Below, piece by piece: positions 39,081 to 54,945 of a stretch of DNA of 64,000 nucleotides. Below the pieces are notes generated by a model, which searched no databases, was not told the origin of the DNA, and saw only the letters and a list, made by a program, of their open reading frames with translations. Position 1 is the stretch's first letter; each line of letters begins with the position of its first letter. Made by a program: the position numbers and the translations under genes. The stretch is taken from the NCBI RefSeq assembly GCF_009914755.1, contig NC_060935.1; one strand, given 5' to 3'. Source of the stretch: the human T2T-CHM13v2.0 reference genome, Homo sapiens.

Positions 39081-39550
39081 TGTGGTAGGCTGAAAAATGA
39101 GCCTCCCCACCAACAAAAAAAAATACTTATGTCCTAATCCCCAGAGTCTATAAGTATGTTACCTTACATGGTAAAAGGGACTGTGCAGAGGTGATTGAGT
39201 ATCTTGAGATGGGGAGGTTATCCAGGTGGGCCCAGTGTAATCACAAGGGTTCTTATAAGAGGACAGTGAGAGACTCGGAGTTAGTGTAGGATCTGTGAAG
39301 CAGGAGGTTGGAGTGAGGCTGGGGAGAGACCACACACCACAGAACGCAGGCACCTCTAGAAGTTGACAGAAGTGAGAAAATGGATTCTCCCTTTGGAGCC
39401 TCCAGAAGGAACCAGCCCTGCCAACGCCTTTACCCCAGCGAGACTGAGGTTGAATTTCCGATCTCAGGAACTATAAGAGAATAAACCTGTGTAGTTAGGA
39501 GGCACTCAGTTTGTGGGAATGTGTCATAGCAGCGATGGGAAACTGAGATC
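39081..39550 (+). mobile_element. MLT1 (MLT1C/D-like) MaLR solo LTR
   Basis: 'tgtggtaggctgaa...tgtcctaatcccc...atgttaccttacatggtaaaagggact...ggagcctccagaaggaaccagccctgccaac...catagcagcgatgggaaact'. Confidence 0.9.
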
Positions 39551-39619
39551 TGTCAGCAGGGTTCCCTCTGCCTCCTCTGGGATCCCTTGCAACTCCATGC
39601 CCATGCTGCAGCTCCTCAT

Positions 39620-40290
39620 GACCAGCACTTATCCAGTGCCCTCCACGTGCCATGCCTATCCTGAGTGCCACACAGGCATTATCACACTCAATCTTACTGC
39701 AATGCAGCTGGGCAGGTACTAGATCCCCAGTTTACAGAGGAGGAAAGTGAAGAGCACAGAAGTGAAGCAACTTGACCCAAGAAAGTCATACAGGTCATGA
39801 ACATGACAGAGCTAGAACTTGAACTCAGCACACACTGTGCAGTGATTATGTATGTAAGCGTTGGTCTCTTCCACCAGAAAGTAGGGTAAAAGGGTAGATG
39901 TTGGGCCTCCAACAACTGTAGAATGAGCAGACCTCTGAATTGGGGCCTCTCTGTGCTCTCTGAGAGGTTCAGTGAATTCTTGTGTGAAGGATGTAAAAAA
40001 TGGAATGTCTGCCCTTGGAAACTAGAACTTTTCATCAAACTAGATTATTTGTAACAATGACCTAAAGCACATTATTTCACATTCTCTATGACATTTCCTT
40101 ATGGGTGGTGTGGTAAAGTAGGAGTCCAGGACTTATAGTCCAGACTATAATAACTCTGGGTGAGTTCCAGCAAATATACCCTAAGCCTCAATTTCTTCAT
40201 CTGTAAAATGGATATAAGAATCCTACTGCCAGAAGAAGCCCTGGTGAGGACAAAGGAGAATGTGCACACAGAAGCATTGGGTGCAATGTG
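39620..40290. mobile_element. Two MIRs (- at about 39620-39830, + at about 40100-40290)
   Basis: 'ccccagtttacagaggaggaaa' and 'gcctcaatttcttcatctgtaaaatgga'. Confidence 0.8.
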
Positions 40291-40848
40291 AATGCTGCTC
40301 TTGTTCTCTCTGGGCCATGAACAAAGCTGTGCAGCACACTGGGTGGGTGGTCTTTCCCCACAATCACAGAGGACACTGAGACCCCACAGGCAGCTACTGC
40401 ACCCCACTAGAAAGTATAAAGCTGCCTGGCCCAAGTACCAGGGGGGCTGTCCAAGCTCTGTGCTGCCAGAATGCAGATATGGAGAGGTCATTTTGGGCTG
40501 ACATGAGGAGAGTTGACCAGAGAAGCCAGCCTGTGATTGTCAAAGGTAGGTGTGACTGCATGGACCGCGATGAGATGAGGAGAGGGCTTCGCAATAGCGC
40601 ACATGGGTGAGCAGAGGCACGGAAAAGATAAAGTCCCATGGGGAAGGCAGGCTCTGAAAATGTGGAACATGGACTTTGTGGCTAAGACCACAGAGCCAGT
40701 GGGCAGGAGGAGGCGAAGAGGGTGGGAGGGATGGTGGCTGGGAGTACAGCGGGCCACACAGAAATAAGGAACTGCGTGGCCTCCCTCTTTCAGTCTCTTG
40801 TGTGTCTAGGAGCTGAACATCCAAGGGGCTCCAAACCCATCATCTAGG

Positions 40849-41026
40849 CAGGGGTTCTCAGTCCTGGCTGCACAGAGAATCACTTGGGGGAGTTCTACAA
40901 AATCCCAATGCCCAGGCTGCACTCCAAACCACTTAACTCAAAGTCATCAGGAGTGGGACCCAGGCATGAGTATTTTTTGAAGCTTCCTAGGTGATTCCAA
41001 AGTCCAGGTGAGGCTGAGAAATTCTG
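40849..41026. mobile_element. MER5-family hAT MITE
   Basis: 'caggggttctcagtcctggctgcacagagaatcacttggggga...aggtgattccaaa..gaggctgagaaattctg'. Confidence 0.85.
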
Positions 41027-41454
41027 CTCTAAGCCTCAGCTCCAGGGCCAGGAAGCCAGCCTGGCGTCATCTGGATTCCAGTTGGGCTCATTACCTTCAG
41101 CAGTTCTCAGTGCAGTTCCCTTCCCCCTGCCTGCGTCCCTGGCGCCCTGCAGCTTTGCATGAATGTGATACTTCACTTCCTGTCCTTGTCCAAAACTGGG
41201 CCTCTGGGGGGTGTTTGCACAGTTGTTTGAGGATAAGTCCACCACATTCATTTTTCTGTGGTGGCTGGACTGACTCTCCATGGCCTGGTGGCCCTGCCCT
41301 GAAGCGTGGTGGGCTTCCGAGGCACTGGCACACGCAGCTCACCCTGAGCATCAGTAAGCCTTCTCTGCAGCCAACCCCTAGCATGGATAGCTTGGGCACA
41401 AGGGGATGGGAATGAGGAGCTTCCTCCTCCTGGCCCCTGGAAGAGGGAGAAGAG

Positions 41455-41850
41455 AGCATTTACTGACCACTAAGCACTCTGTGCCCAGCATGGGAGCAGG
41501 TGCTTCACATGCATTATGGTTAAGTGATCCTTATCACTTTTCACCTTATGATGCAGATATTTGAAATCATTCTATTTTACAGATGAGAACACAGAGGCTC
41601 AGGAAAGTGAAGCAGCTTGGCCTACGGTTTCACAAATGGAAAATGTTAGAGCTGGGTCACACACAGAGGTCTGCTGGCTCCAGAGCCTGAGCTTTGGCTT
41701 TCAGGGTCTCAGTTTCTCACTTATAAAATGGGTATGACAAAAAAAATCCCTCCTTCACAGTGTTCTTGTGAGCATTAAAAAAGTAGCAATGTTAACCTAT
41801 ATAAAGCAGATAGTAGAGTGTTGGGAATTCAGCTGATGCTTGATAAAAAT
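41455..41850. mobile_element. Adjacent inverted MIR pair
   Basis: 'attttacagatgagaacacagaggctcagg' (-) then 'tctcagtttctcacttataaaatggg' (+). Confidence 0.8.
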
Positions 41851-42379
41851 GGCCCTGACTCACCTTTTTAAAAAGGACTCCAATGCTTAATATGGTCTAA
41901 AGAAAATACAGTGTAGCTAAGTTTAAAAAAAAAAAAAATAGTTTGAGACCAGAACATTATTTCCATCTCCACTTTCTTCTCTGTGCTCTCTGAAAAACGA
42001 ACAAGCTTGTTACCAGTACTAATTAGTTCTTGTCCTGGCACCCAATCAACAAGATGTTGAAGGTCAGCCATCTGGGGTCCTTTGGGTGAACTCTGAGAGC
42101 TGAGGCAGGGCTGCTTCCCCAGGCTCATGCCTGGGTCTGCAGGAGCCTGGATCTGCAGGGGCTTGTGTCTGCCACGGTGGACATCCCCTTAGCTGGCACA
42201 AAGAACATAGATGAGGTCTTGGAAATCCCAGATACTTCCCAGCTGCATTCACAGAGATGCTGCTTTTAGCATTTCTCCCTTTCAGATATCAGTGTTTTCT
42301 CCCTATTTTAAAGCATTCTCCTATCAATGAAGCATCCCAGATCACACAATGAGGAACTGCATTCCATCTACTCCCAGAC

Positions 42380-42445
42380 CTAGGTGGGACAGTGCCTGGT
42401 ACACAGTAGGCACTTAATAAATATTTGTTGAATAAATGAATGAGC
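42380..42445 (+). mobile_element. L2 3' tail
   Basis: 'acagtgcctggtacacagtaggcacttaataaatatttgttgaataaatgaatga'. Confidence 0.85.
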
Positions 42446-43869
42446 ATATGGAAACTCACTCATACTGCCCGAGTCTCCCAATTTCCAGGCTAAGTACTCC
42501 TGAGTTTTTCAACCATTACTCACACAGGTGGCAGAGGGGGTGCTCAAAGCATGAGGCTTTAGTGAACCAGAGGCTGAGGGAAGATACGTCTCTTCCCTAT
42601 GGGCTAGGGGAGGTGAGGTGAGGAAGTCAGAGAAGGGAGTCTGACCTGGGCATGCACTCGCTACTCGGGCAGAGAGGGAAGAGCCAGAGAATGAGAAAGA
42701 CACAGGCCCATGAGGAGATCTCATACCCATGAAACTGCCCCAGCCAAGCTGGTTTGGAGCTATGGAACTTACAGAAAGAGAGTACATGACACCCCCAGAA
42801 GGGGTCTGCATGCACCTGACCAGGTAGACTGGCACTGGAGTCTTTGAAAACAAAACTTCTCTTTGACCAACATGCAAGAGTGCAGACCATTTTGAAAGTC
42901 TCAGAATCCTTCCCTGTCTTCTTCCATCTCATGCTGGGCCCTTCCTTTTGACCCTTCCAGAATGACAATATTTCATTTTACTCAGGAAAAACCAGCAGTG
43001 CAAAGAAGGAAGCAGAGTAATCAGGCCATCTGCCCAATTTTACCTAAATTTTCTACCTAAATTGCCAAGACAAATATTTCAGGAAACTGCACTTGGCTGG
43101 AATGGTTAGGCAATTCATCTTATTTACCATCTAAATGCACTTGAGAGCTGAGATAGATTCACTCATGTTGTCACTTCTTAGTCAGATGCAATTCACAGTA
43201 GAAATCGCTGCCATCCAAAGCTTCCATAACTTCCTAAGGGTAATGGATTTTTTTTCAGCCCATCTTTCTTCCCCACTCATATTTGCTTGAGAATTCCAAA
43301 TGGATTCTATTTACTGTAATTACTGTTCTAACTGCAGCTCACTTGCAATGCATCAGGTTAATGTTAACAAGATACTCAGCGGATGCTGGTAATGTGTATT
43401 CATTGTTCAAACTCTTTACCCACCCCCTTTGGTGTTGTCTCAATTCTATTCTCTGAACCCAAAGGGGAGGGAGCAAAGCCAAGAAACACGGGTGGATTTC
43501 TTTCTGTTTTATTCTTCTCTAATGTCATGGGCTTTTTCTCAATGGATATTCATTGTTCTTGGGTTTTCCTATTCCTGAATTTACGTGACATTATTACAAA
43601 TGTTATGCTTTGCTTAAATACTGATTTACACACTTCCCTCTCTCATTTTTCCATGCTACTAGTGTCATTAAATTCCATGTTATTTGATTACTAATAACAA
43701 AAATTAACATCAACAAAGTCCTGACAATTTGCAAGACACGTTTCACCTATGTAATCTCTATAACAAGCGAAATAATGGCCAAGTGTATCAAGAGGCTTAA
43801 TCTCTCACTTATGGGGTAGTTTATATTCATAATTTGAATCTACGGAAAAAGCACACTCTTCAGAGGGGC

Positions 43870-45130
43870 AAAGACTAGGGTTCATATTCTAGTTTCACCA
43901 TTTAGCTGTAGGAGTTCAGGTAAGCTTATCTCTCTGAACTTCAGTTTCCTTATCTGTAAACAGACAAAACTATAACCTACTTCATACATTATTGAGAAGT
44001 TCCTTGCAAATCACAGGTGCTTAATAAATTATCTGTTATTATACCTTACCGATAATTTCAATTATCTGGCCACATCTGAGGACCCAGCACACACAGGTGG
44101 GAATGTATTTTAATAGGACTTCCAAGTGAACAGTTTTTGAGCTATGAGGAGCTTGGAGATGAGACCCTTACTACTCAAAGTGTGGTTCACAAACCATCAG
44201 CATCATTATTTGGGAACTTATTGAAATAGATTCTCAGGTCTTTCTTCAGAAAGAAAAATGTGTAATTATCACATGTCTCCATAGAGTTGACAGAAAAATA
44301 GACTATCCCTTCAGTCCTGATGACCTGATCTCAGTCTGAAAAGCATAAGATGGCTGAAGAGGAGACATTCCCAAATAAAACTCCGAAGTCCATTCTAGCT
44401 CATTCCACTATGCAGCAGCTGTAATCCCCCAGAGAACATTTGACTCTCCTCCTCGCGATGATGATCATTAAGCATGATGAATACAAATGCCATTTGTTGA
44501 TTCAGGTGCTAAGAGTCTGAGCCACACAGCTTCGATGTCAGCCGGACAGTACCTCAGTGTCTGGGTAAGTCTCTTCTCCTTTCCACCTAGGTTACCTCAT
44601 TTATAAAATGAGAATTACAATACCTGCCTTCGGGGGTGTTTGAGAATTAATGCAGACAGATGCTTATCATGCTGTCTGGCACACCGTAGGCACTCATTTT
44701 CAGCTGCAGCAGCGGTAGCCTTAGGAATAGTAATAAACATGTGTTTATTGAACACTCATTGAAACTGCTGCTTCAACCCCCACCTCCCACCACATACACA
44801 CGTTTATTCTATTACGAGTAATTAGTAATTACTATTTATTACTGTTATTGCCATCTCTGCAAAAAGATCTACCATGTCCCTGTTCCCAAAGCCAAGTTCT
44901 TGGTGTCAGTCACCTGCTTTCATTATAGGGAAGCAAAGGAGAGCTGGAGCTGGAATTCTAAAAATCCGCTTCACTTTCCTTCTCCTGGTAACTTTTTTGG
45001 GAAAGCCACTTAAGCCCTGACAATCACACTTTCCTCATCTGTAAAATGGGCATAAACCATTTTCCCCCAACTGCCTCAAGGCCAAAGTGAAGAGCTCAGA
45101 AAATGAAGTATCTGAAAGTGATTTGCAACC
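43870..45130 (+). mobile_element. Three MIR fragments plus a MER5A fragment (about 44165-44245)
   Basis: 'ttcagtttccttatctgtaaa', 'cctcatttataaaatgagaat', 'ctttcctcatctgtaaaatggg'; 'tactcaaagtgtggttc'. Confidence 0.7.
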
Positions 45131-46031
45131 ATACAGTATTAGTTGAACAAATGTAAAAGATCCCTGTGATCTCTGCTTTCTCTTAGGTCCTGATCTCATG
45201 GTTCGGGGTTTCTCTCCTTATCCCACCAAACCACTGCCTTTGCAGAAGCCTCCATTACCACACAGGTCCCCTCCAAGCTCTATCCTGGGTTTCACTTTCC
45301 CCTTTCAGACCAATTTGCTCATCACTAGGGATGCATCTTACTTAGAAACTGTTCTTTCGCTTCCAAAATCAAAGGTGGCATTATTAAGGGTTGGGGAAGA
45401 GCAGTGTTTTAGCTTCCATGTAAACTTCACTAGTGCCAGCTCCCACCAAATAAACATGCAGGCCACGTCAAAAGTGTGTCTGCTACATAAATAAAGCTTC
45501 CAGGCAGGTCCTTCAGCCTCTTACCCCCATACCCCACTAGTCACCACCACGGTGCCTTTACACTGGTCCTGTAGGGAGACTCTAGAGCTGCCTTATACCA
45601 AACCCTCATGGCTTCCTCTGCATTTTCTTAACCATTCAAGGAACTCCTAATAGGCCATGGACCTCAGGACAAGGCTATAAGGCTGGCTGACTTATTTTCC
45701 CCATGATGAACTCAAAGATGATGGAGACCCACTTGACTCACTTTAGGGCCAGGGTTCTTTCCCCACTGGAGGAGGTATAAGGTGGGGGCTCAGTGCCTCC
45801 CCAGGGAGGACCTCATTCTCTTGGCACTTTGGTATTACACTGTTTGCAGTAGGGCCCCGCAGACAGCCACACTCTCCAGACATCTGTGTGAACTTTGGCA
45901 AGCCGCTTCTCTGCTGCTTAGCATAGGGACCTATGCTTCCTTCAGCCTCCATTTCCCTGTCTATAAAAACAGGAACATGCAGCTGGAGTAATGTAGTATA
46001 AATCAGATGTTTAATTATATCTATCCTCTCC

Positions 46032-46346
<315 letters not shown>

Positions 46347-46747
46347 CCTCTCACTTCTTTTGATAAGACTCAAGGGGCCCCATTTCCCAGGATACCTGGA
46401 CAAAACCATTTTTTGAGCCTTTTGTGCCCAACCATAGTCATTAGTCTTTTAACAGAGCCATCTGTTCATTTATGTAATAGACACTGATTGAATATCTTTC
46501 ACGTTCTGGTATAAGGCTACACCGAGGATATAGTGGTGTGCAGTACTGCCATGGTGCCCAACTGTATGGAGGTGGCACTCATAGCAAACACCGGTTGCCT
46601 CCCAAAGAACTTTTCCAACACAGCAGAATCTCCTTCATTGGTATCCCATACCAAAACACAGGGATCGTACAAGATGCCTCAGAGTCAAAATTCCAGCTAC
46701 TGATCACAGTTAAGTTTTGGTTCTATCACTTGCTAGCTATGCAATAG

Positions 46748-47068
46748 TTACAGACAGAATGATTGCATCTTCACAAAATTCATTGTTGAATTAACCCCCA
46801 CTGTGATGGTATTTGGACACTAGCCTATTGGAAAGTAATTAGGGTTAGATTAGGTCATGAGGGTGAGACACTCATGATGGTATTAGTGGTTTCATAAGAA
46901 GAGGAAGAGAGAAAGGCCATCTGCAAGCTGGGGAGAAGGTCTTCAGTGGGAACCCAATTGGCTGGCACCTTGATCTTGGACTTCCAACCTCCAAAACTGT
47001 GAAAAATAAATGTCTGTTGTTTAAGCCACCCAATTTATGGTATTTTGTTATGGCAGCCCATGTGAACA
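46748..47068 (+). mobile_element. MLT1A-like MaLR solo LTR inserted in a MIR
   Basis: 'ctggcaccttgatcttggacttccaacctccaaaactgtgaaaaataaatgtctgttgtttaagccacc...tggtattttgttatggcagccc'; MIR halves on both sides. Confidence 0.85.
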
Positions 47069-47749
47069 GTGACCTTATCTTCTCTATGCCTCAGTTTCCT
47101 CATCCAGAAAATGGGGATAATTATAATCCTATCTTACAGATTTAAAATTAGGATTAGATGGAATATTACAAATAAAGTGCTTCACACAGGGACTTGCCCA
47201 ATAAATGATCGTTTTTATCGAAGTGCCTAACTGGAAATGCCAATCATAGAATGCTAGAGCTGGAAGGGATCTTGCCAAGCCCCTTCACTGTATGGAGGAA
47301 AGGAGGCTCAAAGGGGAATGGCTTGCCCAGGACTACGATACCAGGGTCCCGACTCCTGCTTTAGGTTTGTTCCCCTCCACCGGCTGGGGAAGGTCTCATC
47401 CTTCCTCCTATCACATGTCTCATCCCTGACACTGAGCACACCCACTTGAAATTGTCACCCCATTTACCTGGTGAGCAGCTCCTATGTGAGGTTGCTAAGA
47501 GATGAGGATCCATCACTGAGTTCCACACCTAGGAAGTCTCTTAAATTAGGTTGTCAGAATTCTTCTTTTTGAAGAAAACCCAAATAGAAAAAAAAGATTT
47601 CACCGACGTTTCCTTGGAAAATGCTGTGGGAGGAGTTAAAACTATGCTAAAGTGTGCAGCAGATTTATAATAATAGCTGAACACCTTTCATTTGCTTTGC
47701 CCTTTGTGGTTTGCAAAGCACATTTCTACATATTGTTGAGTCCCCAGAA

Positions 47750-48030
47750 TCAATCAATCAATCATTCCTTCGTTCATAAATACATATTTAGCACTTTCTA
47801 TGTAGCACACACCATTCCAGGTGCCAGAGGTTTTGCAGTGAATAAGACAGAAAAAAACCTCTGCTTTTATGGGGTTTATGCTCTAGCAGGCAATAAATGC
47901 AACACACACATGTACACCTACAGACAATGTTTTCAGATATTGGCAGGTATTGTGGAAAAAATAAGGCAGGGAAAGGGGAGAGAGAGTTAGGGGACTTGTT
48001 TTGAGTGGCCAGGAAAGCACTCTCTGGAAT
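47750..48030 (-). mobile_element. L2 3' region
   Basis: 'tcattccttcgttcataaatacatatttagcact...ccattccaggtgc..gcagtgaataagacag'. Confidence 0.8.
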
Positions 48031-48559
48031 GCAATCCAGGCAGAGATTATTAATATTGCTGAATAAATATCTGAAACCTCAATTTATAGATACAGAAACA
48101 CAGTCCAGACTCACACAGCAGTTAGATAGTAGGGCCTAGAGGAGAATTCATACTCTCTCTATCCCAGCCTGTGATAATGCCAAGTCTCATGTCTGGATCC
48201 AGGAAGCCAGACCGGAGGACGAGGAGAGTGCGTGGAGATCAAGTTCTCGTGTCCCATTCTATCACATTGCCCACCTACTATCGCTTACTGTGTGCTGGCC
48301 CATGGGCTGGGCACTGGGACTAATGGGATAAAGCAGACATAGTCCCTGCCCTCAGGAAACTTCCAGACGAGTGAGGAATATCAGACAAGTTCACACATAA
48401 CTGTGCCTCCTGTTAGAAATCCCAAGTCTTCAGAATGGGGCTTCAGAACGGGGCTGCTTCTCCAGTACACACTAAGAAAAAGGTCTCCAACCTCCCAGAT
48501 TTTCTTCTTTTTAATCAACAATCACGAATTAGCTGCCAACTCCATACTGACCACTGCTA

Positions 48560-49693
<1,134 letters not shown>

Positions 49694-50011
49694 GGCCAGG
49701 AACGTTGGCTCACACCTGTAATCCCAGAACTTTGGAAGGCTGAGGCGGGCAGATCACTTGAGATCAGGAGTTTGAGACCAGCCTGGCCAGCATGGTGAAA
49801 CCTCATCTCTACTAAAAATACAAAAATTAGCCAGGCGTGATTGGCAGGCATCTGTAATCCCAGCTACTCAGAAGGCTGAGGCACAAGATTGCTTGAACCC
49901 AGGAGGCGAAGGTTGCAGTGAGCTGAGATTGCGCCACTGCACTCCAGCCTGGGTGACAGAGTGAGACTCCATCTCAAATAAAAAATAAAAATAAATAAAT
50001 AAATAAATAAA
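49694..50011 (+). mobile_element. AluS (Sx/Sz-like) with (AAAT)n tail
   Basis: 'ggccagg...gatcacttgagatcaggagtttgagaccagcctggcca.catggtgaaacc...ctccatctcaaataaaaa'. Confidence 0.95.
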
Positions 50012-52053
50012 TCTATCTCTGTGGAATAAACATCCAGACCAATCATCTTCTCCATCCCAAACTTGTTTCTCCTCTGACATCCCTTTTTTCTGTTGAGGGC
50101 ATGATCATCTACCTAATCACTTGTGACTCAGTGCAACAGTTCAACAAGCCTAGACTGGAGCCACGGAGGTGAAGAGCCCCGTGCTGGGTGCCATGGAAAC
50201 AAATGAAACTGGGAGTCACTTCTAGTTCCTGATTTCCTCAGCCCCCTCAAATCCAAACTAAACATCAGTTTTCTGATTTGTAAAATCAAGATAATAATAC
50301 CTATTTCATAAAATGAAAAGAGATAACATGTATAAAAGATTCAGGAAACATATGTGCTGCATAGTAAATACCTAAGAAAAAATAATTCGGCTGGCACTGA
50401 ATTCTGGAGTCTTGTTCCTGAATATCTCCAAAACATGCCAATGTCTCACCCTTTCCCTGTCCTGCTGCTGCCAGAATGAATTAGAAGGCTGGAAGGAGCA
50501 GAGAGCACTGAGGGCTAGGAAGGAGAGGCATATGGTTAGGGGTGACCCTGACTGCCAGCCAGCTCTTGGTTTCAGCTGAATGCCTGACCCAAACACAATC
50601 ACCAGTCACATAGGCAAGGGTAAGACCACAACCGTCTAGAGCCACAGAGGCTTTGGGTTCCCATGGAGCCAAGAGTGACCTCCCCTCTGCTGCCCCAATC
50701 ATGCCCAGCCCCCACCCAATAGACCTGCTCCTTCCAAATGGGCTCCTCACACCACTGCCTGGGTGACATCGTGGGAACAGAGAGAGCCACGGAGCATGAC
50801 TGCCTGCAGCAAATTGATTTGTGCCAGTTGCTGACAGAAGGATGTGCATGACCCCCATGGAAGATTAGGAGTGGGACATTCCCAACAGACAGGCCTGGGC
50901 AGGCGAGAGAGGCAAGGGGAAAATTCTGCCCCTTGCTCTCTTTGCTGGCCAGCTGTGGAGTCCCATAGCAGCCTCCTCTCTGGCCTCTGTGCATTTATTC
51001 CAAAGGGAAGAAAAAGGAGACAGAGAAGAAGGGAGGAAGAGAGCGGGAGACAAAAGGGCAGACAGATGGGAGACACAAAAAGAGACGCAACAAATTATGG
51101 TTTTTGAGGGCTTTCTGTGCACCAGGCCCAAGTTCTTTCTTAAGAAGTAGAAAATAAAAAGGCAGTGTGAGGGAAAGAGAGGTGAGCCGGAGAAAGAGGC
51201 AGGGGCAGAAAAATGACAGAGACAGGGACAGAAAAATGACAGAGAGACACAGGCAGACGGATACCCTCATTGGCAAGGCTGGCAATTTATGAACAAGATC
51301 ACTTCTTAAATGTTGGGATAAAGCTGTCTCCCAGGTAGGGGGACAGGCAGGGGGAAAGGATGTAGGGCTCTTTGGGCCCTAAATACTTTTACCTTATGGG
51401 GCAGGAAAACAAAGCTTAACCAGCACGAGGCACCAATGAGAAATACTTGCTGAGGGCTGGAGGAAGATGGCCATCTGCCTCCTGGACCAGATTGTCATTG
51501 ACATTCCATGACCTTATGTCTTAGTTGAATTGAGATTGTTTTCTTTGGGGGGTTTTCCTTCCCTTTAAATCTATCTGATAAAACAGATCTTACAGGGAAA
51601 GCCCAGCTTCTGGTTGATAATTTGTAGAGAGGGAGAGACTACATCCTGATGGTCAAGTCCAGGAAGGCTTTCTGACCTAAGCAATCTCATTTCTGGACTG
51701 TCTCTTAACGTGGTTTTTGGGGAAAAAAATAGTTTTCGCCTTGAACCTGACAAGCCAGACTCTGAACTGCTTAGACTTCCTAAGCCTCATCTGTCACCCC
51801 ACAAACATGCCATCCTAGAAGTGTGACGATCTCTAATGTATCATGGTTTATAAATGAGTCTGAAGTGACGCTTGGTACCTGAAAAACACTTATAATCAAT
51901 CAAGCAAATCAGAAAAGCTGTAAAAATAGCTTATAGCTTATATATCCACTGCCAAGAAAGGCTACAAAGGATATACTCATGATCAACCAGCCAGAGATAT
52001 GTGATTAAAATAGAAGAAAAAGGAGGAAAAAAAAAAAAAAAAGAGGGTTTACC

Positions 52054-52275
52054 ACTGGGGTCAGCAAACTCAAGCCTGCAGGCCAAATCCAGTTGGCCAG
52101 GTTTTGTTTATTTATGTAGTTTTATTGGTACACAGCCACGTCCATTTATTTGCATAGCCTCTATGGCTGCTTTCCACTATAAGACAGAGCTGAGTCGTTG
52201 TGACAAAATCTAGATGACCTGCAAAACCCAAAATATTTACTTTGTGAGTCTTACAGAAGAATTTTGCCAATCTTT
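52054..52275 (+). mobile_element. MER58A hAT MITE
   Basis: 'ggggtcagcaaact..gcctgcaggccaaatcc...gttttattggtacacagccacg...tatggctgcttt...aaaatatttact'. Confidence 0.9.
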
Positions 52276-53215
52276 GGGGCAAAACCTAGACTCACCGCTT
52301 TTCATCTGCAGAGGCTAAATGCAGACCTATTGTTTATTTTTGTTGTGACCTTGGTTTTTGCACTTACAAAGTCAGTTTATAACATTGCCCAGATAGAGAA
52401 TAAAGTTAAAAAGTGAAAGCTACATAAAAGTCCTTAACACTCTGCCTGGCACATAGTAAGCCCTCACTGAATGGCATCCTTGTATTATAAACGTTATTTT
52501 AAGTTGACGTTGTTTCCAGGACAGGACACGGAGATCTTCGGGGAAGGCAGAGCTGGCTGATGAACCCTACCCAGTGCCCTGATTAATGCATTACAGGGAA
52601 TCTTGAAGGAAGTCAAGGGAAATGAACATTTGGTGAGTGGCACTCTATTGCAAGTGCATTTTATTTCATTTCTTTGATTCTCATAAGGACTTGGTGCCAT
52701 TTAACAAGGGAGAATGGATGTCAAGGCTCAAAGAGGTCACACAAAGATACAAAAAGCCTAGGAATGCAAGCACAGGTCTGTCTGCTTCAAAGCTTAAATT
52801 TATATTTTTCTCTACCTTAAAATAAGTAATGTGGTTGAAGGAGCTGGTGATTTTTACTTAGAAAAGAAAGACTCAGTGGTGACCCATCAGCCTGCCTCCA
52901 AATACTTAAGTGTTCCTGTGTACCAAAGAGGTCTGAAATACAGTAGCTTCAGAGGATAAAACAAAGACCCTCAATCCATCCCTTTTCTGATTATGTGTTG
53001 CTGAAAAATTAAAGTTGCACAGATATGTGATAATTCTCCCTACGTCATATGCAAAGAAGCCCCAAAACAATAACAAACAAACAAAAAAAGAATTTGAAGT
53101 CTGAAAAGTTTAAGTCTATCCTAAAGATAAGCTGGCATGAATAAAATAATATCCTATGTGTGCAGTGTGTTGGTAGGTTATGAAGAATTTCCATATGTAT
53201 GATTTTATTTGATGT

Positions 53216-53961
<746 letters not shown>

Positions 53962-54519
53962 GTCTGCAGCAAAATCATGTGAGCATGGTGAGACACATGT
54001 CACAGCCTCCCATTTTACAGAAGAGGAAAACTGAGACTAGAAAAGTAAGTACCTCAGCCAAAGTCATATAGCTAGCTGGCTTTAATAGAGCTGCAGCTCA
54101 CACTGACACATGAGACCACAGTGACAAATTACGGAACCTCAGTGGAACAAATTTATGCAATACAGTATTTGTCAAGATATTAGAAATGAAAATTACTCTG
54201 ATCTTCTTATGGGAGCACATTTCCTATCCCAGGGGTTTGAGGGGCCCAAGGCAGAACTTCTTTCATATTACTTAGGTCTACTGCCTCGAGGGCCCACAGA
54301 CTCACCCCAGGCAGTAGCACTGTGAGCCACCCAGTGGTGGATCTCATCAGTGGTCAGGATGATGACCATCACCTGGGCAAGATGAATGCAAGGTGTAGGT
54401 GCCCATCAGCAGATCCCTGCCTTGCATCTGGACGTGAATCCAAGGAGAGGACCTAGAACTTCTCTCCCTTCTATATTTAAACCTCTTCTGCAAGAGTGTG
54501 GGGTAGTGGTCAAGAGGGG

Positions 54520-54945
54520 AGCCTTGGATCAAGTCCCCCCAACTAGTTGGGTAGCCTTAGGCAAGTGACAACCTTCTCCTCCCTCAAGTTCCTCATCTAC
54601 TAAAAAGGGATACTAATTGAATCTGCCTCCTGGCTGGCTGTAAGGATCAAACAAGCACATTCATGTGAAATGTTTGTCCCAGTGCCTGGTGTAGAGTCCT
54701 CACCACTACTACTACAGCGTGGGGCTAGGTTACAGCACAGTTTAGGAGAAAGACCACTTCTGGAATTGTTCAGGCTTCTAGCTTGACTCTATTCTCCATT
54801 TGACCCTGGTTAAGCCACAGAAGCCCTCTGGGCTTACAGTTTCTCCTTTATCACATGGAAATAATTAGCCCTGTAATATCTATCTAGTGGGGTCATTCAG
54901 GGGATCAAGAAAGATAATAGATAACGAAAGGGCTTTGTAAAAAAT
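54520..54945 (+). mobile_element. Two MIR fragments
   Basis: 'gccttaggcaagtgac...ttcctcatct', 'tgaccctggttaagccac..ctctgggctt.cagtttctc'. Confidence 0.7.
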
